Below are positions 62,571 through 64,000 of a stretch of DNA of 64,000 nt, one piece after another. Positions within the stretch are counted from its first letter, which is position 1. Each line of letters begins with the position of its first letter. The notes beneath the pieces are model-generated. The model did not search any database, was not told the origin of the DNA, and saw nothing but the letters and a program-made list of their open reading frames with translations. Origin of the DNA: a virus; IMG/VR virus record IMGVR_UViG_3300044974_000943; one strand, written 5' to 3'. The translations under genes and the position numbers were made by a program.

Positions 62571-63098
62571 ATGCTGTACAGAAACAAGGAAGGTCAATTA
62601 ATAAATCGTGCTAGAGCCATATTATTGCTGCTCAACGAATTGGGTACGGTAGTAGAGCCGTCCTATATTGATGACGACACCTTATCTTTGTATGGGTTTA
62701 CCCCTGCACCTGAAGAAATTGCACCACAACAAATAGGTGTAAGCCAAGAGCGCAGAAAAGAAGCATTGGCTAGCGTGGACTGGGTAAGTAGCGCGAAACA
62801 TCTTACAAAAGCAACAAAAGATGCAGTCGAGGCTTGGCGGTCAGTAGTGCGTGATTGTCCTGACTGTGCCGTACTTCCTCCCTTACCTCAGTTAGTAGCT
62901 ACTAAGACCAAAACAACTGTACCTCTAAGTGAAGCAGAGCTTGATGCAATAAAGAATTACGTGACCAAAGACGGGGGGTGGTTGCTATTCTTGCAGACAT
63001 GGAAGGACTTGCAATTCCCTAACTCAAAAAATATTGTGGCTAATCTCCTCATAGCCTATACCAAAGTGAAGCTCGATGAAATTATCGGCAGCATTTAA
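62571..63098 (+). CDS. Possible tail-fibre assembly chaperone
   Basis: RRKEALASVDW...WRSVVRDCP pattern. Confidence 0.4.
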   Translation: MLYRNKEGQLINRARAILLLLNELGTVVEPSYIDDDTLSLYGFTPAPEEIAPQQIGVSQERRKEALASVDWVSSAKHLTKATKDAVEAWRSVVRDCPDCAVLPPLPQLVATKTKTTVPLSEAELDAIKNYVTKDGGWLLFLQTWKDLQFPNSKNIVANLLIAYTKVKLDEIIGSI

Positions 63099-64000
63099 TC
63101 ATTCTTTTTCTGGTGGTTACTCATATACTAGTCAGGTTTATGACGTTGCAAAGTTAATACCAGATTTGAATGGTCTGTATTTATGTGACCCAGAATATCT
63201 AGAGTTCTCGAAGATAGGTACTACTGGAGACAACAATCAAGTCCAAACCATTTACAACTTGCTTTTCGATGGTAACTATCTACAAGCTACAAGCAATAGA
63301 CCTACATTAATACCTAACGATAGCCAGTTTAATAATCAGCCAAGCATAAACTTCTCAGATACTGGTAATCAACAACTATTTTTCAACAGACCTATCAATG
63401 TAGGTACAATTATTCTCGTTTACCTTACAAGGGAGTCAGGTAGCTTTCTAATATATGCCCCTCGTCAAACACTAGGCGACCCACCTTTTCTTTATGATGC
63501 TTTTCCTTCTGGCGGTGCTAGTCTTTGGGCGCAAGAGCCTTTAGCTAACAACTCTGTTTACAATGCTACATCAAGAATAAATAGTCGAGCAGTAGCACCA
63601 ACAACGTTCGTTCCCCTTAACACCTCAAGAATTTTAAGTGTCACCAATATATCCAATAGCAACGAGTATGAAACTATTACAGGTTTTGGGGGTAAAAATG
63701 GGACTAGCAACTTCAGTGTTCGTGGAAAAATAGCTGCAATCATCACATCATCATCACCTTGCCCGTTAGATATATTGGCATCAGTAGAAGCTAAGTTAGC
63801 TCAAATATATATTGCTTACAATGGCGTAGTTATTTCATCTCAACCATCATTTAGAGCATTTGTTGGGGCTTATTTTAGCTTTGACTTTGCGACTATCGCA
63901 ATTGACGAATTTTTTGATATCACTTCGTACAGTTATATATCTCCAAGTGGTTTAGGACTAAGCTTCACAGGTTCAGTTTTATCAGGTTATATACCTGAAG
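63076..64000 (+). CDS. Structural protein, runs off the window edge
   Basis: Open frame from ATG 63076 (MKLSAAFNHSF...), rich in S/T/N/G. Confidence 0.6.
   Translation, partial: MKLSAAFNHSFSGGYSYTSQVYDVAKLIPDLNGLYLCDPEYLEFSKIGTTGDNNQVQTIYNLLFDGNYLQATSNRPTLIPNDSQFNNQPSINFSDTGNQQLFFNRPINVGTIILVYLTRESGSFLIYAPRQTLGDPPFLYDAFPSGGASLWAQEPLANNSVYNATSRINSRAVAPTTFVPLNTSRILSVTNISNSNEYETITGFGGKNGTSNFSVRGKIAAIITSSSPCPLDILASVEAKLAQIYIAYNGVVISSQPSFRAFVGAYFSFDFATIAIDEFFDITSYSYISPSGLGLSFTGSVLSGYIPE

Noticed and set aside
1-64000. CRISPR array, integrase, transposase or photosynthesis genes
   Set aside because: No regular repeat-spacer array or corresponding protein motifs were seen in this window

Overview
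This window is ~64 kb of a large lytic tailed-phage genome, most likely infecting a cyanobacterium (cyanobacterial-type tmRNA tag peptide, cyanophage-type RNR). Positions 1-48.4 kb are almost all minus-strand. From the right, strong sigma70-type promoters drive many small early ORFs, then an RNA-gene island (20.6-25.3 kb), then a replication/nucleotide module: ERF, SSB, dUTPase, exonuclease, primase, RepA-type helicase, dNMP kinase, PolA, RNR alpha/beta, ThyX and a possible Hsp20. An AT-rich switch region at 48.4-49.6 kb is followed by a plus-strand late region with terminase, tail/fibre-like proteins and a holin-like gene. Main unusual observations: (1) a circularly permuted, minimal two-piece tmRNA whose T-loop is interrupted by a 226-nt group I intron; (2) a ~380-nt ncRNA with two circularly permuted tRNA-like modules, directly downstream of a 254-aa gene; (3) at least six otherwise unrelated plus-strand proteins sharing an N-terminal MQHFA(N/S)F leader, with JAB-peptidase and glycine-zipper cargo and one kinase-like fusion, suggesting a capsid-targeting and effector-delivery system; (4) a ~750-nt structured ncRNA candidate; (5) a type II hammerhead ribozyme; (6) a degenerate stand-alone paralog of the terminase nuclease domain; (7) a duplicated two-gene endonuclease cassette with a shared 22-bp upstream motif. 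All calls come from reading motifs and base-pairing by eye; no searches were run.
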